Positions 8,312 to 18,340 of a DNA stretch of 64,000 nt are shown piece by piece. The stretch spans positions 1 to 64,000 of IMG/VR virus record IMGVR_UViG_3300035698_018280; one strand, 5' to 3'. The stretch's first letter is position 1. Each line of letters opens with the position of its first letter. The notes beneath the pieces were generated by a model that saw only the letters and a program-made list of their open reading frames with translations, searched no databases and was not told the origin of the DNA. The position numbers and the translations under genes are program-made. The DNA comes from a virus.

Positions 8312-9220
8312 CTACTTACTATTGTCCAATACTATTTTTGTTCCTAACTTAGAAGCTGCTATTGCCTCTTCAAAATTGCTGAGATCGAATATCTTATAGA
8401 AATCTGGTTCCCATACACCAAGTATTGCAATCGCTTCCTCAAAGTCCTCTTCATCGCTACCTAAAGACGTAATGATATTGATCTCATTGGAAACACATTT
8501 ATTGATATCGACAAAATCGTACTCTAAACCATACGCCAGTATGTTGCACCCTCTATTACCCAATACATTAGAAAGAGCCTTTGGATTTCCTGAACATTCC
8601 GCTACAACATTATATGAATTCCATTCGAATTGATCTGCATCATGAATCTTCGGATCATAAACATCATATTCAAAATTCATAGAGTTTAAAACTGCACAAA
8701 ACATTCTCCCTATGGAGCCATAACCTAAAACCAATACTTTATCATTCGAGCATGGGTCAAGGCGGCGACAGCCTCTTACCGCTATAGCCAATGGCTCAAC
8801 CAAAGCGTACTTAGGAGAAGCTTCAGGAACAGGTATGAGAGCATTTTCTGGCATAATGATCTTAGTAGCATGCCCTCCGTTCCTATTGACAATTCCTGTC
8901 TCTATCCTATTCTCGCAATATATATGACTTCGCTTGCAGCCATTGCATTTACCGCAGCCAATAACACATAGTCCCACCACTGCATCTCCATTACTCATAC
9001 CGACCCATTCATGCCCAGTTATTATTGGGTAAGATGCCAAACCATTCTTATAGTAGAGCAAAGATCCATCTATGATACTATAATCTGTACGGCAAATAGC
9101 AGAGTAAACAACATCAACAACAACTTCTCCAGCAGAAGCATCGCCTATATCTACATCTCTGTATCCATATTTGCCTGGTTCATCAACGACTATTGCTGTG
9201 GTAATCAATTTTGTCTCCAT
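8312..9220 (-). CDS. Zinc-dependent (MDR family) alcohol/sugar dehydrogenase
   Basis: ICRTD, GHEWVG, CGKCNGCKRSHIYC, VEPLA and LGYGSIG motifs. Confidence 0.85.
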   Translation of the reverse strand: METKLITTAIVVDEPGKYGYRDVDIGDASAGEVVVDVVYSAICRTDYSIIDGSLLYYKNGLASYPIITGHEWVGMSNGDAVVGLCVIGCGKCNGCKRSHIYCENRIETGIVNRNGGHATKIIMPENALIPVPEASPKYALVEPLAIAVRGCRRLDPCSNDKVLVLGYGSIGRMFCAVLNSMNFEYDVYDPKIHDADQFEWNSYNVVAECSGNPKALSNVLGNRGCNILAYGLEYDFVDINKCVSNEINIITSLGSDEEDFEEAIAILGVWEPDFYKIFDLSNFEEAIAASKLGTKIVLDNSK

Positions 9221-9227
9221 TGACTAT

Positions 9228-9824
9228 TTAGTCATAAAGTTTTCTCAAAATGGTAAGTCCATGACAAACAGGTATAGTAGAGTATTCCCATTTATCAAGA
9301 TCAAGCTCCTTTATAGCCCTATATGGGCCTCCATTGCCGAACTGATGACTAGCTGGCCTCATCTTCGTATCGTAATCAGGATGGCTATTCAGCATAAGGT
9401 CATGAAGCAGTATGATGCTAGACTTGTTTACATGAGGCTCTAAAAGCTCGATCTCTCTGACAACATGCTCATAAGAGTGCCAATCATCAACTAAGACAAC
9501 ATCGAATATAACATCTCCTAGATTATCAAGATACTTATGAGCATCGCTCTTGCAAAATGTCCAATGCTTTTTCAGATGATTCTCTGGAACAAAATCGGTC
9601 TGTTCAAGATCTACTGAAGTTAAATGTCCGTCAGTATGAACCATGGCGCTTAGAAACGCCTGAGTAGAGCATCCGTCTCTGACTCCAAGCTCCAATACGT
9701 TTTTAGCGTTCAGAGCCACTGACAGTGCAAACGTAGTGATCATATGAGAATTGAAATCTGTATGACCATTGGTTTTTCTGTCTGGCTGCAAAGCTCTCTT
9801 TACAAATAATTTCAAATCATCCAT
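9228..9824 (-). CDS. SAM-dependent methyltransferase (Methyltransf_24)
   Basis: VLELGVRDGCST, SVDL, VDDWHSYEHV and LLHD motifs. Start set at 9824 (GAGG RBS). Confidence 0.8.
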   Translation of the reverse strand: MDDLKLFVKRALQPDRKTNGHTDFNSHMITTFALSVALNAKNVLELGVRDGCSTQAFLSAMVHTDGHLTSVDLEQTDFVPENHLKKHWTFCKSDAHKYLDNLGDVIFDVVLVDDWHSYEHVVREIELLEPHVNKSSIILLHDLMLNSHPDYDTKMRPASHQFGNGGPYRAIKELDLDKWEYSTIPVCHGLTILRKLYD

Positions 9825-10674
9825 TAATAAACCTCGGGTTTGTCCAACTCTGTATTCCATCTTGGAATTCCATTCTTCCAAAAGGAAGATCGTAAGAAGT
9901 ATTATGTCTGAAACAGAAGTTGCTTATCCAGCCCATTTTTGAAAATGTCTTGCGCAATGAATCATCTATTTCATTAGAGTGAGTCCCTATGTGGACTCTT
10001 TTGACTTTCTTATTCAATCGTTTTCTAGCGGCATGAAAAACATCTATCTCTGCGCCCTGTATATCGCAATCTATAAGATCAACTGTTTCAAACTTGTTGA
10101 TCAAATCAGAAAGAGAATAAGATTGTCTGCATTTTTTTCTTTCGCTTTTCTTCTTTGGTTTTTCTGCTGTTTTTGTTTTCCGACTAGCCCAGCCATAAAC
10201 TATCTCATGATCTATATCAAAATCAAATTTATTAACTTCATTGTCATCGAAATTTTGTTTTATGTATGGAAGTCTGTGGCGGGATGATTCTACGCTAACC
10301 AATTTACAAGGCAACTTATTAAGATGGTTATTGGCTATAGCAGAGAATATTTCCCATCGACCAGAATGAGCGCCAAGTTTAATCATGTTATATGAATCTG
10401 TAGCATCTCTAACAGATGAAAGAATATCAATCCATTCATAATAATCTTCTGATAAACAGTAATGAGGGTTCATACTGGTCATCAGAGTAGCGTTCCAATG
10501 ATAATTTTTCTCTATTTCTCCAGATCCTAATTTGGAAAAATACTCCTTGCGAAATTTGCCGCCAAGGAAGTTGTAGAAGAACACATCGTCTTCCTCTATC
10601 CATTTGTCCTTTGGAAACAAATCGAATACAGGATCTATGCTGGTGAATAACTTGTTATTATTAAACATACGCAT
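9817..10674 (-). CDS. FkbM-like methyltransferase
   Basis: KLGAHSGRW, VSVE and VDLIDCDIQGAE...VHIGTH motifs. Confidence 0.7.
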   Translation of the reverse strand: MRMFNNNKLFTSIDPVFDLFPKDKWIEEDDVFFYNFLGGKFRKEYFSKLGSGEIEKNYHWNATLMTSMNPHYCLSEDYYEWIDILSSVRDATDSYNMIKLGAHSGRWEIFSAIANNHLNKLPCKLVSVESSRHRLPYIKQNFDDNEVNKFDFDIDHEIVYGWASRKTKTAEKPKKKSERKKCRQSYSLSDLINKFETVDLIDCDIQGAEIDVFHAARKRLNKKVKRVHIGTHSNEIDDSLRKTFSKMGWISNFCFRHNTSYDLPFGRMEFQDGIQSWTNPRFING

Positions 10675-10679
10675 AGCAT

Positions 10680-11339
10680 CTATCTCTTAGCTATAACAAC
10701 CAGTTTATCATCGCAAAACAGTTCGCAGGATTTTATATTGTCAGAAAACCATTTGTTCTCTTCTTCGCTGAAAATTCTGGAATGGAAATTACCTGAATCT
10801 ATAAATCTCTTTATGACTCCAAGCGTTTTCTTCATTACTATCTTATGCTTTCTTGTATTTTTCTTTTTCCTTCTATCATAGTCAAGATCTTCTATAAAAT
10901 ACAAACCAGAAGGTTTGAGATAAGGGAATAAAACAGACAAAGATATTTGTTGATCTTCTGCAGAATGAGAGCCATCATCGATAATGACATCAAAGCTATG
11001 ATCGGCAGCAACGACAGCTTTCATGATATCTTCTTTTTCAGATTGATCGCCCCGTATAACGCAACAATCAAGTTCTCTAAGTTGAGAGATTACATTTCTG
11101 GCATCCCGTTTACTGTTGTAACCATGCCCCTTGAAGATATCCATACATATTATTTTGCTGTTGTTGTCGAAGTATTCTTTCCACATGGATATAGATGAAC
11201 CTTCTGCTACCCCTATCTCAAAGAAAGTAATAGGCTCATTCTCAAAACGCTTCAGGTATCTCTCGTAAGTTGGAAGATAGCCATGATCTTGATCGCTTTT
11301 ATCTGTACCATGTTTTCTGGCAAGATCATTCAACGTCAT
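10680..11339 (-). CDS. Sugar O-methyltransferase-like protein (MycE/TylE C-domain-like)
   Basis: GTDK...HGY, FEIGV..GSS..MWKEYF, GDQS, DVIIDDGSH and GLYFIED motifs. Start set at 11339 (GGAG RBS). Confidence 0.8.
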   Translation of the reverse strand: MTLNDLARKHGTDKSDQDHGYLPTYERYLKRFENEPITFFEIGVAEGSSISMWKEYFDNNSKIICMDIFKGHGYNSKRDARNVISQLRELDCCVIRGDQSEKEDIMKAVVAADHSFDVIIDDGSHSAEDQQISLSVLFPYLKPSGLYFIEDLDYDRRKKKNTRKHKIVMKKTLGVIKRFIDSGNFHSRIFSEEENKWFSDNIKSCELFCDDKLVVIAKR

Positions 11340-12351
11340 ATTTCTTCTCCATCCATGCGACAAGCTCGCTAATAGTTGTCTCTAAATCTACTTCGCATTC
11401 AAATCCAAGGATTTCTTTTGCCTTGCTGACATCAGGAGAACGAATCTGTACATCATGTTTGAACGGCTCAAGGTTCTCGAACTCTAAAACGGCGTCTCCA
11501 TGAATCTCTTTCCATACTAACTCTGCAAGTTTTTCTACAGTAAGCGATCTGTCTGATGATATATTAAAATCATTGTCAATAGCATCATCTGACTCCATAG
11601 CAAGTATTATCCCTCTTGAAATATCCTTACCGTCAGTATAGTGTCTAACCTGTTCTCCGCTTCCGTATATTGGTAGCTTCTTATTAGGTCCAAGCACGAT
11701 CGCCTTGTAGATGAGGTCAGGCAGAACATGACTCAATAACATGTTGGCAGTACCATCCTTCGTGTCCATGTCAATAAGCTCGTCATCCTCTCCTAGTCCC
11801 ACACAGTTGAATGGGCGTATAATGGTATACGGCAATCCGTACTGCTCTTTGGCTCCATAGCAAAAGTATTCGCAAGCAAGCTTTTGGAACCCATATGTAC
11901 TCAAAGGAGAAGGACATATACGAACCTCTTCTTCAGGAGTTGGGTATGTTGATGTGGATTCATAGACCATGCTACTTGAGATAACAACGATTCTCTTTAG
12001 ATTATGGTTCTGGAACTCTTTTATGCCATAATCAAACGTAGACGCCATAATCCTCTCATTAGTAGCAAGCAGGTCGTAAGCATATTTGTGAAAATATGAT
12101 ATTCCTCCAATCATCGCAGCAAATGCAATAATGAGATCAGGATGCCATTCTTTGAGATGACTCATAGAGTCCATATCTAAAACATCTCCTTCAATAAAAT
12201 GGAAATCAGGATGGTCATCATGTCCTCTTTCCACTTTGCCGTATTTAGAATAGTTATCGATTCCAACAACGGCATAGCCTCTAGCTAACAGATCAGCGCA
12301 AACGTAAGATCCTATAAATCCCTGGCTACCTGTAACGAGTACGTTAATCAT
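11326..12351 (-). CDS. NAD-dependent nucleotide-sugar epimerase/dehydratase/decarboxylase
   Basis: VTGSQGFIGS, ISSSMVY, YGFQK (YxxxK), IRPFNCVG and GSGEQVR motifs. Confidence 0.9.
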   Translation of the reverse strand: MINVLVTGSQGFIGSYVCADLLARGYAVVGIDNYSKYGKVERGHDDHPDFHFIEGDVLDMDSMSHLKEWHPDLIIAFAAMIGGISYFHKYAYDLLATNERIMASTFDYGIKEFQNHNLKRIVVISSSMVYESTSTYPTPEEEVRICPSPLSTYGFQKLACEYFCYGAKEQYGLPYTIIRPFNCVGLGEDDELIDMDTKDGTANMLLSHVLPDLIYKAIVLGPNKKLPIYGSGEQVRHYTDGKDISRGIILAMESDDAIDNDFNISSDRSLTVEKLAELVWKEIHGDAVLEFENLEPFKHDVQIRSPDVSKAKEILGFECEVDLETTISELVAWMEKKYDVE

Positions 12352-12393
12352 ATCTATAAATTCCTATAATAGGCTATATGCCAGTAAGTGTTC

Positions 12394-12436
12394 TATCGTC
12401 AAAACTCTACAAAAACTGAAGGATAAAGCCTTTATC
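12394..12436. promoter_or_regulatory. Divergent promoter region: minus-strand ACGATA motif (12394-12399) and a perfect inverted repeat GATAAAG-C-CTTTATC (12422-12436)
   Basis: Seen directly in the only divergent intergenic gap of the window; function is inferred. Confidence 0.35.
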
Positions 12437-12453
12437 ATCGTATATATTAATAC

Positions 12454-13146
12454 ATGTTGAAAATAAAAATAAACTACGATGACCAAATAATACCAATGAA
12501 TGTTCTATCTAAAAAACAATCTAAATCCGACAAATCTAGCAAAAGACTGGCGGATCAGCTATCTAACTGGCATAATAAGAAGAAAGCATTTTATGAGCGA
12601 AGCGAACTTGAGTATTCTAAACAATATTTAAGCAAAGGAGATACTGTCATAGATTGCGGATCAAATTTGGGTAATCACTCTTTATTTTGGTCCGTTATAT
12701 GCCAGTGTAATATACATGCTATTGAACCTGAGAAAACAATATTTGATATCATGCATAGCAACTTAGAAATGAATGAATGTCAGTTCAAATCATATAACGA
12801 AGCAGCAGGAGACGGTCTGGGTACATTCGATATGCTTATCAATAAGAGATCCTATGGGCAAACAAGGATCGTTCCTTCAGATGACGGGGCTATAAAGACA
12901 GTAAGATTAGACGACATCATATCAAACAATGTAAAACTAATCAAGATTGACACCGAAGGACATGAAGAGCAGGTCATAAAAGGTAGTTTGAATCTCATAA
13001 AACAGAACAAGCCATTTCTGTGGATAGAAATGCATGAAGGATGCGGTTATGGAGTTGATTATCTTATTAATTACATAAAGAGTCTTGGATATAAAGACCC
13101 TCACGAATTGGCTGAAAATAAGTTCTGGTTTTCCTCAAAGAGTTAA
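12454..13146 (+). CDS. FkbM family methyltransferase (the only plus-strand gene)
   Basis: VIDCGSNLGNHS, AIEP and LIKIDTEGHEEQVIKG...KPFLWIE motifs. Confidence 0.9.
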   Translation: MLKIKINYDDQIIPMNVLSKKQSKSDKSSKRLADQLSNWHNKKKAFYERSELEYSKQYLSKGDTVIDCGSNLGNHSLFWSVICQCNIHAIEPEKTIFDIMHSNLEMNECQFKSYNEAAGDGLGTFDMLINKRSYGQTRIVPSDDGAIKTVRLDDIISNNVKLIKIDTEGHEEQVIKGSLNLIKQNKPFLWIEMHEGCGYGVDYLINYIKSLGYKDPHELAENKFWFSSKS

Positions 13147-13958
13147 TCAGATCTTGAGTCTCCCTTGAGCCTCATTCCTTCAAAGACAGTAGTTTTGTAC
13201 TTCCCATTCTCTGTCAATATATTGTCAAAAAACTCAACGCCAGTATTTAGTTTCCTAGACAAGTAGGCCATAGCTTTTGTGTCCTTGGGCAAGCATACTC
13301 CTCCAAACCCTCTAATATCTGGACCGCAATCTAAATAGAAGTCATTGATATTGTCTCTTTTTACAAGCGCATTTTTAATCTTGCTATAATCTGCGCCCAA
13401 TGATTCCGCTACTTCATAGAAGCTGTTCGCAAGAATGACCAAAGATGCATTGTGTATATTGTTGAAATACTTGCATAGTTCGGCCTCGGTTGGCGAGACC
13501 CTTTCGAACTGTCTTGGTATTGATCCGTGAGATTCTTCAACTGCATTGTACGCATTTTCTGACAGAGCGCCTATAACACAGACATCATGATTGTTGATGA
13601 AATCCTCGTAAGCGCATCGTTCTCTAAGGAACTCAGGAACAAAGCATAGTCTGTCTGAAGAATGTTTATTAGCAAGTCTCTCTGTAGTTCCTGGAGATAC
13701 TGTTGACTTGACAGAGATGATTCCATCATACGACAAATCAAATAGCTCTTGCACAACTTTTTCTACTATGGATACATCGCATTCTCCATCTTCATTAGGC
13801 GGAGTAGGTACGCATATGTAGCAAATATCTGTTTGAAGAATGTCATTGATGTCCGTATTGAATCTAGGATCATGGATATAGACTTTATGACCAATCTCTT
13901 CAAAAGCCTGCCTGACGGCGCTGCCGACTACGCCAATTCCCATAATTCCTATTTTCAT
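13143..13958 (-). CDS. ugd: UDP-glucose/GDP-mannose dehydrogenase family protein (intein-free, short form)
   Basis: GIGVVG, CVPTP, KSTVSPGTT, PEFLRE, AELCKYFNN and GFGGVCLPKD motifs. Confidence 0.9.
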   Translation of the reverse strand: MKIGIMGIGVVGSAVRQAFEEIGHKVYIHDPRFNTDINDILQTDICYICVPTPPNEDGECDVSIVEKVVQELFDLSYDGIISVKSTVSPGTTERLANKHSSDRLCFVPEFLRERCAYEDFINNHDVCVIGALSENAYNAVEESHGSIPRQFERVSPTEAELCKYFNNIHNASLVILANSFYEVAESLGADYSKIKNALVKRDNINDFYLDCGPDIRGFGGVCLPKDTKAMAYLSRKLNTGVEFFDNILTENGKYKTTVFEGMRLKGDSRSD

Positions 13959-13960
13959 AA

Positions 13961-14869
13961 TTAGTCCTCTGGCAAAATCTGCCCGCTTAGACCCCAGCTA
14001 TCATCGTTGGGATTCATGTTATCTCTGTCTTTTTCCATTGTTTTCAAAACGTCCTTGTACCACTCATGAGATTTCTTGTTACTCATAATCGTATTAGTGG
14101 ACTTGTCGTAATACCCGTTCCATCTCTTGCGATGCGGTTGGTGGTATATGCGAATAGGGTCTTGGAATAGATGCTGCTCGCATATGCATGATGCGGAATA
14201 TACGCCAAATGAATCCAGCAACAATCCATCGCATCTAATCTCTGGATAGCCATTTATTTTCTCGAACTCTTTTTTACCCATTAGCAGGAAATCGCCAGAA
14301 GCTTTAGTATGAACATGGTCATTTTCTGCTTTTAGACTCTTATGATTCAGGCTGCAGTTGCTATTGCAAAAGTCTAGCTTCTGTTCCATCTTGCTCTTCT
14401 TGAATGGTTTCTTGATTTCCCATCTATGAGCCCTATAGAAGTTTTCATGCTTTAGCTTTTTCTTACTAATGAAACGCATAAAGTCTTTATTGAAGATGAT
14501 ATCTGGATTTGAGCAAACAACGAACTCTCCATGGGCTCTTCTTATGCCAACATTTTTGCCTATGTACTCAAATAACTGTATGTCCTTATTATCTAATGCG
14601 TCATAAGAAGTAGAAGGTATAGAGTCGTGTATCTCCTTGCTGACCTCGATAAACCTCAGAGGAGTCTTCCTTGGCTTCCTGATGATCTCGCTCATCCTCT
14701 TTTGATCAGAGGGAGGGTTCCATTCTACGAATACAATCTCTGACTCGATGCCGTACTGATCCGATAAATAGTCAATAGCATCAAAACAGTTTTGACACCT
14801 ATCAATAAAGCCCTTGCCATAATTGTCGTTTCTTCCAACAAAAACAAAGCTTATATAGGTCAATTCCAT
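13961..14869 (-). CDS. GT-A fold glycosyltransferase-like protein
   Basis: GRNDNYG, EIVFVEWN, KNVGIRRAHGEFVVCSNPDII, ASGDF and INGYPE motifs. Confidence 0.7.
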   Translation of the reverse strand: MELTYISFVFVGRNDNYGKGFIDRCQNCFDAIDYLSDQYGIESEIVFVEWNPPSDQKRMSEIIRKPRKTPLRFIEVSKEIHDSIPSTSYDALDNKDIQLFEYIGKNVGIRRAHGEFVVCSNPDIIFNKDFMRFISKKKLKHENFYRAHRWEIKKPFKKSKMEQKLDFCNSNCSLNHKSLKAENDHVHTKASGDFLLMGKKEFEKINGYPEIRCDGLLLDSFGVYSASCICEQHLFQDPIRIYHQPHRKRWNGYYDKSTNTIMSNKKSHEWYKDVLKTMEKDRDNMNPNDDSWGLSGQILPED

Positions 14870-15510
14870 ATTCCCTGCAAAATGAGAGAGTCGCCAGTTC
14901 TGTGCTTGTCTTCTGTGAATGTTTCTCTGTAATTATCAAACGGTACGATTGTTCCGCCATCCCTAGAGCAAATAGACGCTGATTCTATATTGCCAAAATA
15001 ATTCATCAAAAGCATAACTCCATCTATGTTGAAAGCAGTAGAAAAATACTCTCTCTTTTCATTGTAACTACTGGAAATAGGCCCGCTGTCCATGTGCCAC
15101 TTGAACATAGAAATATAGAAATGATTTGAGACCCTGCTCATTTCTTTAAATGTAGAAAATAGATCAGGACTATGTTCAATAATGTCTCTACAATAAAGTA
15201 AATCATATGATTTATCTGGGACTGGAATATCATTCATAAGACCCTTGATGGCAGATATATTGTCTATCTTCTCTGCATGCCTCAAGAATATCTTTGAACA
15301 ATCACAAACAGAATAAGGACAAGATAGAGATTTAATAATATCTTGCGCTTCGATACATTCTCCAGCGCCAATCTCCAAAATAGAACTAGGTCTTACGCTT
15401 GTCGCATAGTCAACAAATGCTTTTCTGTTTCCATGATCAAGCGTTTTTTTGATGAACCCAATTTTACCTATTTCGTATTTTTCCCATTTTTTCTCGTATT
15501 CTCTAGTCAT
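14860..15510 (-). CDS. Class I SAM-dependent methyltransferase
   Basis: ILEIGAG and IPVPDKSYDLLYCRDIIEH...EMSRVS motifs. Confidence 0.8.
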   Translation of the reverse strand: MTREYEKKWEKYEIGKIGFIKKTLDHGNRKAFVDYATSVRPSSILEIGAGECIEAQDIIKSLSCPYSVCDCSKIFLRHAEKIDNISAIKGLMNDIPVPDKSYDLLYCRDIIEHSPDLFSTFKEMSRVSNHFYISMFKWHMDSGPISSSYNEKREYFSTAFNIDGVMLLMNYFGNIESASICSRDGGTIVPFDNYRETFTEDKHRTGDSLILQGIWN

Positions 15511-16139
15511 AGAATTTTCTCATAATAAGAATTGAATTTTGTGGGAGTTATCAAGCTGAAATTAACTCCATAATCTTTTAGCCTCCCAAGAGCCGCATCT
15601 ACTATATCGTCTTTATGAAGACATTCATTCCAGTTTTTGTCATCTGTAAAGCCTTTCCCATAGGCATGTTGTCCGGTCTTTTTGTTACGGAGATCCTTTT
15701 CCGATCTGAAGGTATACCCATCCATTCCAACGACATGTATGGTCTCAGCCCCCATAGACCACGCAAGAGCAATAGAGAGGACACCAGCGGTCCTGAAGTA
15801 CCCTTCTATGCGTTCTCTCTCGATGATCGTGTCATGCTCTGGCTTGTCCTTGTAGTAGAGCCTGCGATACTTGTCTTTGTGGTGCTTTTTGACCAACTTG
15901 TCAGGAATAGATTCCCCTATGATCAGACGAGAGGCATCGGCGTTATGACATAAGCCAAGATGAGTCCACTGTTTCTTGTTAGTCCACACATGAAAGTCTG
16001 GAGTCAATAAAGATGTCATCTTGTTTATACCAATAGTGACTGGTTTATTTATTTTTACATATTCTAATATGTCTTCTTTGTAGTCTAGTATAGATCTACC
16101 TGAACCGATTATGAGATAGTTATTTCCACTCATGAACAA
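15507..16139 (-). CDS. Maf/DUF115 (CstII-like fold) putative nonulosonate transferase
   Basis: IIGSGRS, TIGIN, TAGVLSIALAWSMGAETIHVVGMDG motifs. Confidence 0.6.
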   Translation of the reverse strand: MFMSGNNYLIIGSGRSILDYKEDILEYVKINKPVTIGINKMTSLLTPDFHVWTNKKQWTHLGLCHNADASRLIIGESIPDKLVKKHHKDKYRRLYYKDKPEHDTIIERERIEGYFRTAGVLSIALAWSMGAETIHVVGMDGYTFRSEKDLRNKKTGQHAYGKGFTDDKNWNECLHKDDIVDAALGRLKDYGVNFSLITPTKFNSYYEKIL

Positions 16140-16836
16140 TCTGCTCTTTTAATAGTAGAGATTTTGGGTTATAGCAATACAGCTTTGAATCTGATTTTGT
16201 TACTAGCTTTCTATTCTCATCAAACCAGGAGAATATCTTCTTGTGTATAGGGTGCTTCTTGTCTATCCCTCTCTTAGCCCAATTAGGATTTTCATTCGGT
16301 TCCCCTGGGCTTCTAGTAGTATTATGATCTAGCCAGAAAAATCTATAGTCATATAAATCTACGCCAGCCAAGATGATCTTTTTGTATCCCAAAGTCATTG
16401 CAAGATCTATGCCTGCAAACAATCTACTTTTATTCTTATACATTTTATCAATATTAGATATATCAAAATCTAAAGATCCTTCAACAACATGGTGCCCGAA
16501 CTCTTTGAATCCATATGGTAAATAATCGATTTGATCATCAAATGCAACGAATAAAGAATCTCTATATCTTTCATCCTGCATATACTCGACATACTTTCGA
16601 TAAGTATCTGACATGGTTTTGCCAGAAAATCTAAGCTTCTTCTCTGGTCGAATGTCTCCAACAATCATGTAGCTTGGATTTATCCATTTCTGAAGAATGA
16701 ACCAATTGAAGCCTATAGAGTCATAGCCTCTCAACTCGTCCCATTGATCATTGGTTTGTAATGCCAAGCTTCTGCCAGAACCATAAACAACAACAGTATC
16801 ATTATTTTTGTTTTCTAATAGCGAATCTCTATCCAT
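16120..16836 (-). CDS. Maf/DUF115-like putative glycosyltransferase
   Basis: VYGSGRS, SIGFNWF and LGYKKIILAGVDLYDYRFFW motifs; paralog of 23042-23755. Confidence 0.6.
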   Translation of the reverse strand: MDRDSLLENKNNDTVVVYGSGRSLALQTNDQWDELRGYDSIGFNWFILQKWINPSYMIVGDIRPEKKLRFSGKTMSDTYRKYVEYMQDERYRDSLFVAFDDQIDYLPYGFKEFGHHVVEGSLDFDISNIDKMYKNKSRLFAGIDLAMTLGYKKIILAGVDLYDYRFFWLDHNTTRSPGEPNENPNWAKRGIDKKHPIHKKIFSWFDENRKLVTKSDSKLYCYNPKSLLLKEQIVHEWK

Positions 16837-16841
16837 ATTAT

Positions 16842-17768
16842 TTATCCCTTAGATCGCATAGTTATAAATTTGATCCAATCGGCAGCCCTATATTCCCAGG
16901 ACCACTTATTCTCAATGTCTGATCTTATGTTTTTACTAATCGACCTATATAGATCTATATCGTTTTTTAGCTCTATGATCTTATCCGCAATATCACCAAC
17001 ATCTCTATTGACTACAAACCCATTTCTTCCGTCGTCTATTAGCTCCGACATACCTCCGACAGCAGTCGTAATAATAGGTATGCCGCATGATGCAGCCTCT
17101 AGAACGCTCAGGGAGAACCCTTCTGAAGAAGAGGCGCAAACATAACAATCGATAGACTGATAAAATCCTGGCATCTTGTCCAAAGGTATGTGGTCTGACG
17201 TACTTAGCATCGCCAACCTGGTTGCTACCTTGGCTTTAGTCGCAGACGGAATGATGAATTTGGAGACGCCTTTTCTCCAATCATGATTTTTAGATCCAGA
17301 ATATCCTATAGAGAACTTGTCGCTAGGTTCGTTAGATTTGCATTTAAAGACCTTATGATCTACGCCATTAGGCGTATAGCAGAGGTTCTCTAGTCCGTTG
17401 CTCGAAAACAGATCGTACAATCTATTAGATACAGCGTTGACCCCTGCAAACCCGGACAGATTATCCAACAACTCTTTTGAAGGCGTTACATCTTTTTCTG
17501 GAGATGTCTTTCTGTCGTCCCAGCTATGATGGGAATGGATACCAGTTAGACAATGCTTCTTGGGTATAAACTTTACAGACGGATAGTTCTGCCATCCCAT
17601 AACAAGTACCTTGTCGTACTTCTTCCACTTCTTCTTAATCGTGGTCTTCTCTGTTTTTATATGCAATGTATCTATAGATACATCATCATCTGTATTGTAT
17701 TTGATTAGAGACTTAGCGATAGAATGATAAGCCCAATTTTGTTTGTCTGTAAGCAATAAAATCTTCAT
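16842..17768 (-). CDS. GT4 glycosyltransferase
   Basis: YTPNGVD, WRKG and SEGFSLSVLEAASCGIPIITTAVGG (ExxxxxxxE) motifs. Confidence 0.9.
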   Translation of the reverse strand: MKILLLTDKQNWAYHSIAKSLIKYNTDDDVSIDTLHIKTEKTTIKKKWKKYDKVLVMGWQNYPSVKFIPKKHCLTGIHSHHSWDDRKTSPEKDVTPSKELLDNLSGFAGVNAVSNRLYDLFSSNGLENLCYTPNGVDHKVFKCKSNEPSDKFSIGYSGSKNHDWRKGVSKFIIPSATKAKVATRLAMLSTSDHIPLDKMPGFYQSIDCYVCASSSEGFSLSVLEAASCGIPIITTAVGGMSELIDDGRNGFVVNRDVGDIADKIIELKNDIDLYRSISKNIRSDIENKWSWEYRAADWIKFITMRSKG

Positions 17769-18340
17769 GTTATTCTACAAAGGTTGTGGACTTTTCCTGC
17801 TGAGAGTTTTGATCCAGGGTTCATATCTTTAGCTACTAATACTTGAGCCTTACGGGCTTCTTCTGAGGACATAGCGATAATGCATCCAGCCCTATGATGA
17901 CCTGACCATATCTCGGGTCCAGAATGAGGTACTTCTCTTTCGTACCGAGATACAGCAAATGGCATTTCAAGAATAACGATTACGTCTTCATGATGCCCCT
18001 TTGATAGGTAGCCTCTTTTCATCGATTTCGCAAGAGTCACTATCTTCTCAGGAAACTTCTTGCCCTTATCCATTTTCCTAAGCATCTTGTAATATCTAGT
18101 TTCTTTATAGTTCTTTCTAAGCCATTTTTCGCCATGTTCAAAGAGCAAAGAAAAAATCTCAACATGAGGGGAGTTGATCATTTTATAATTCAGGAATATA
18201 TCGCTCATAACTCTATTGGGAGTGTACACGGCATAGCAGCTTGACAGGTCGATACAAGACGAGCTTTCAAGTCCCAATCCATAACGTTTGAGTTTTTGCT
18301 GTTCAGTCGCCATTTTTTTGACAGTAAAAGTATATAACAT
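17765..18340 (-). CDS. ParB/Srx-like domain protein
   Basis: LAKSMKRGY...IVIL...EIWSGHHRAG resembles the ParB N-domain (D)GxHR motif. The start is uncertain. Confidence 0.45.
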   Translation of the reverse strand: MLYTFTVKKMATEQQKLKRYGLGLESSSCIDLSSCYAVYTPNRVMSDIFLNYKMINSPHVEIFSLLFEHGEKWLRKNYKETRYYKMLRKMDKGKKFPEKIVTLAKSMKRGYLSKGHHEDVIVILEMPFAVSRYEREVPHSGPEIWSGHHRAGCIIAMSSEEARKAQVLVAKDMNPGSKLSAGKVHNLCRIT

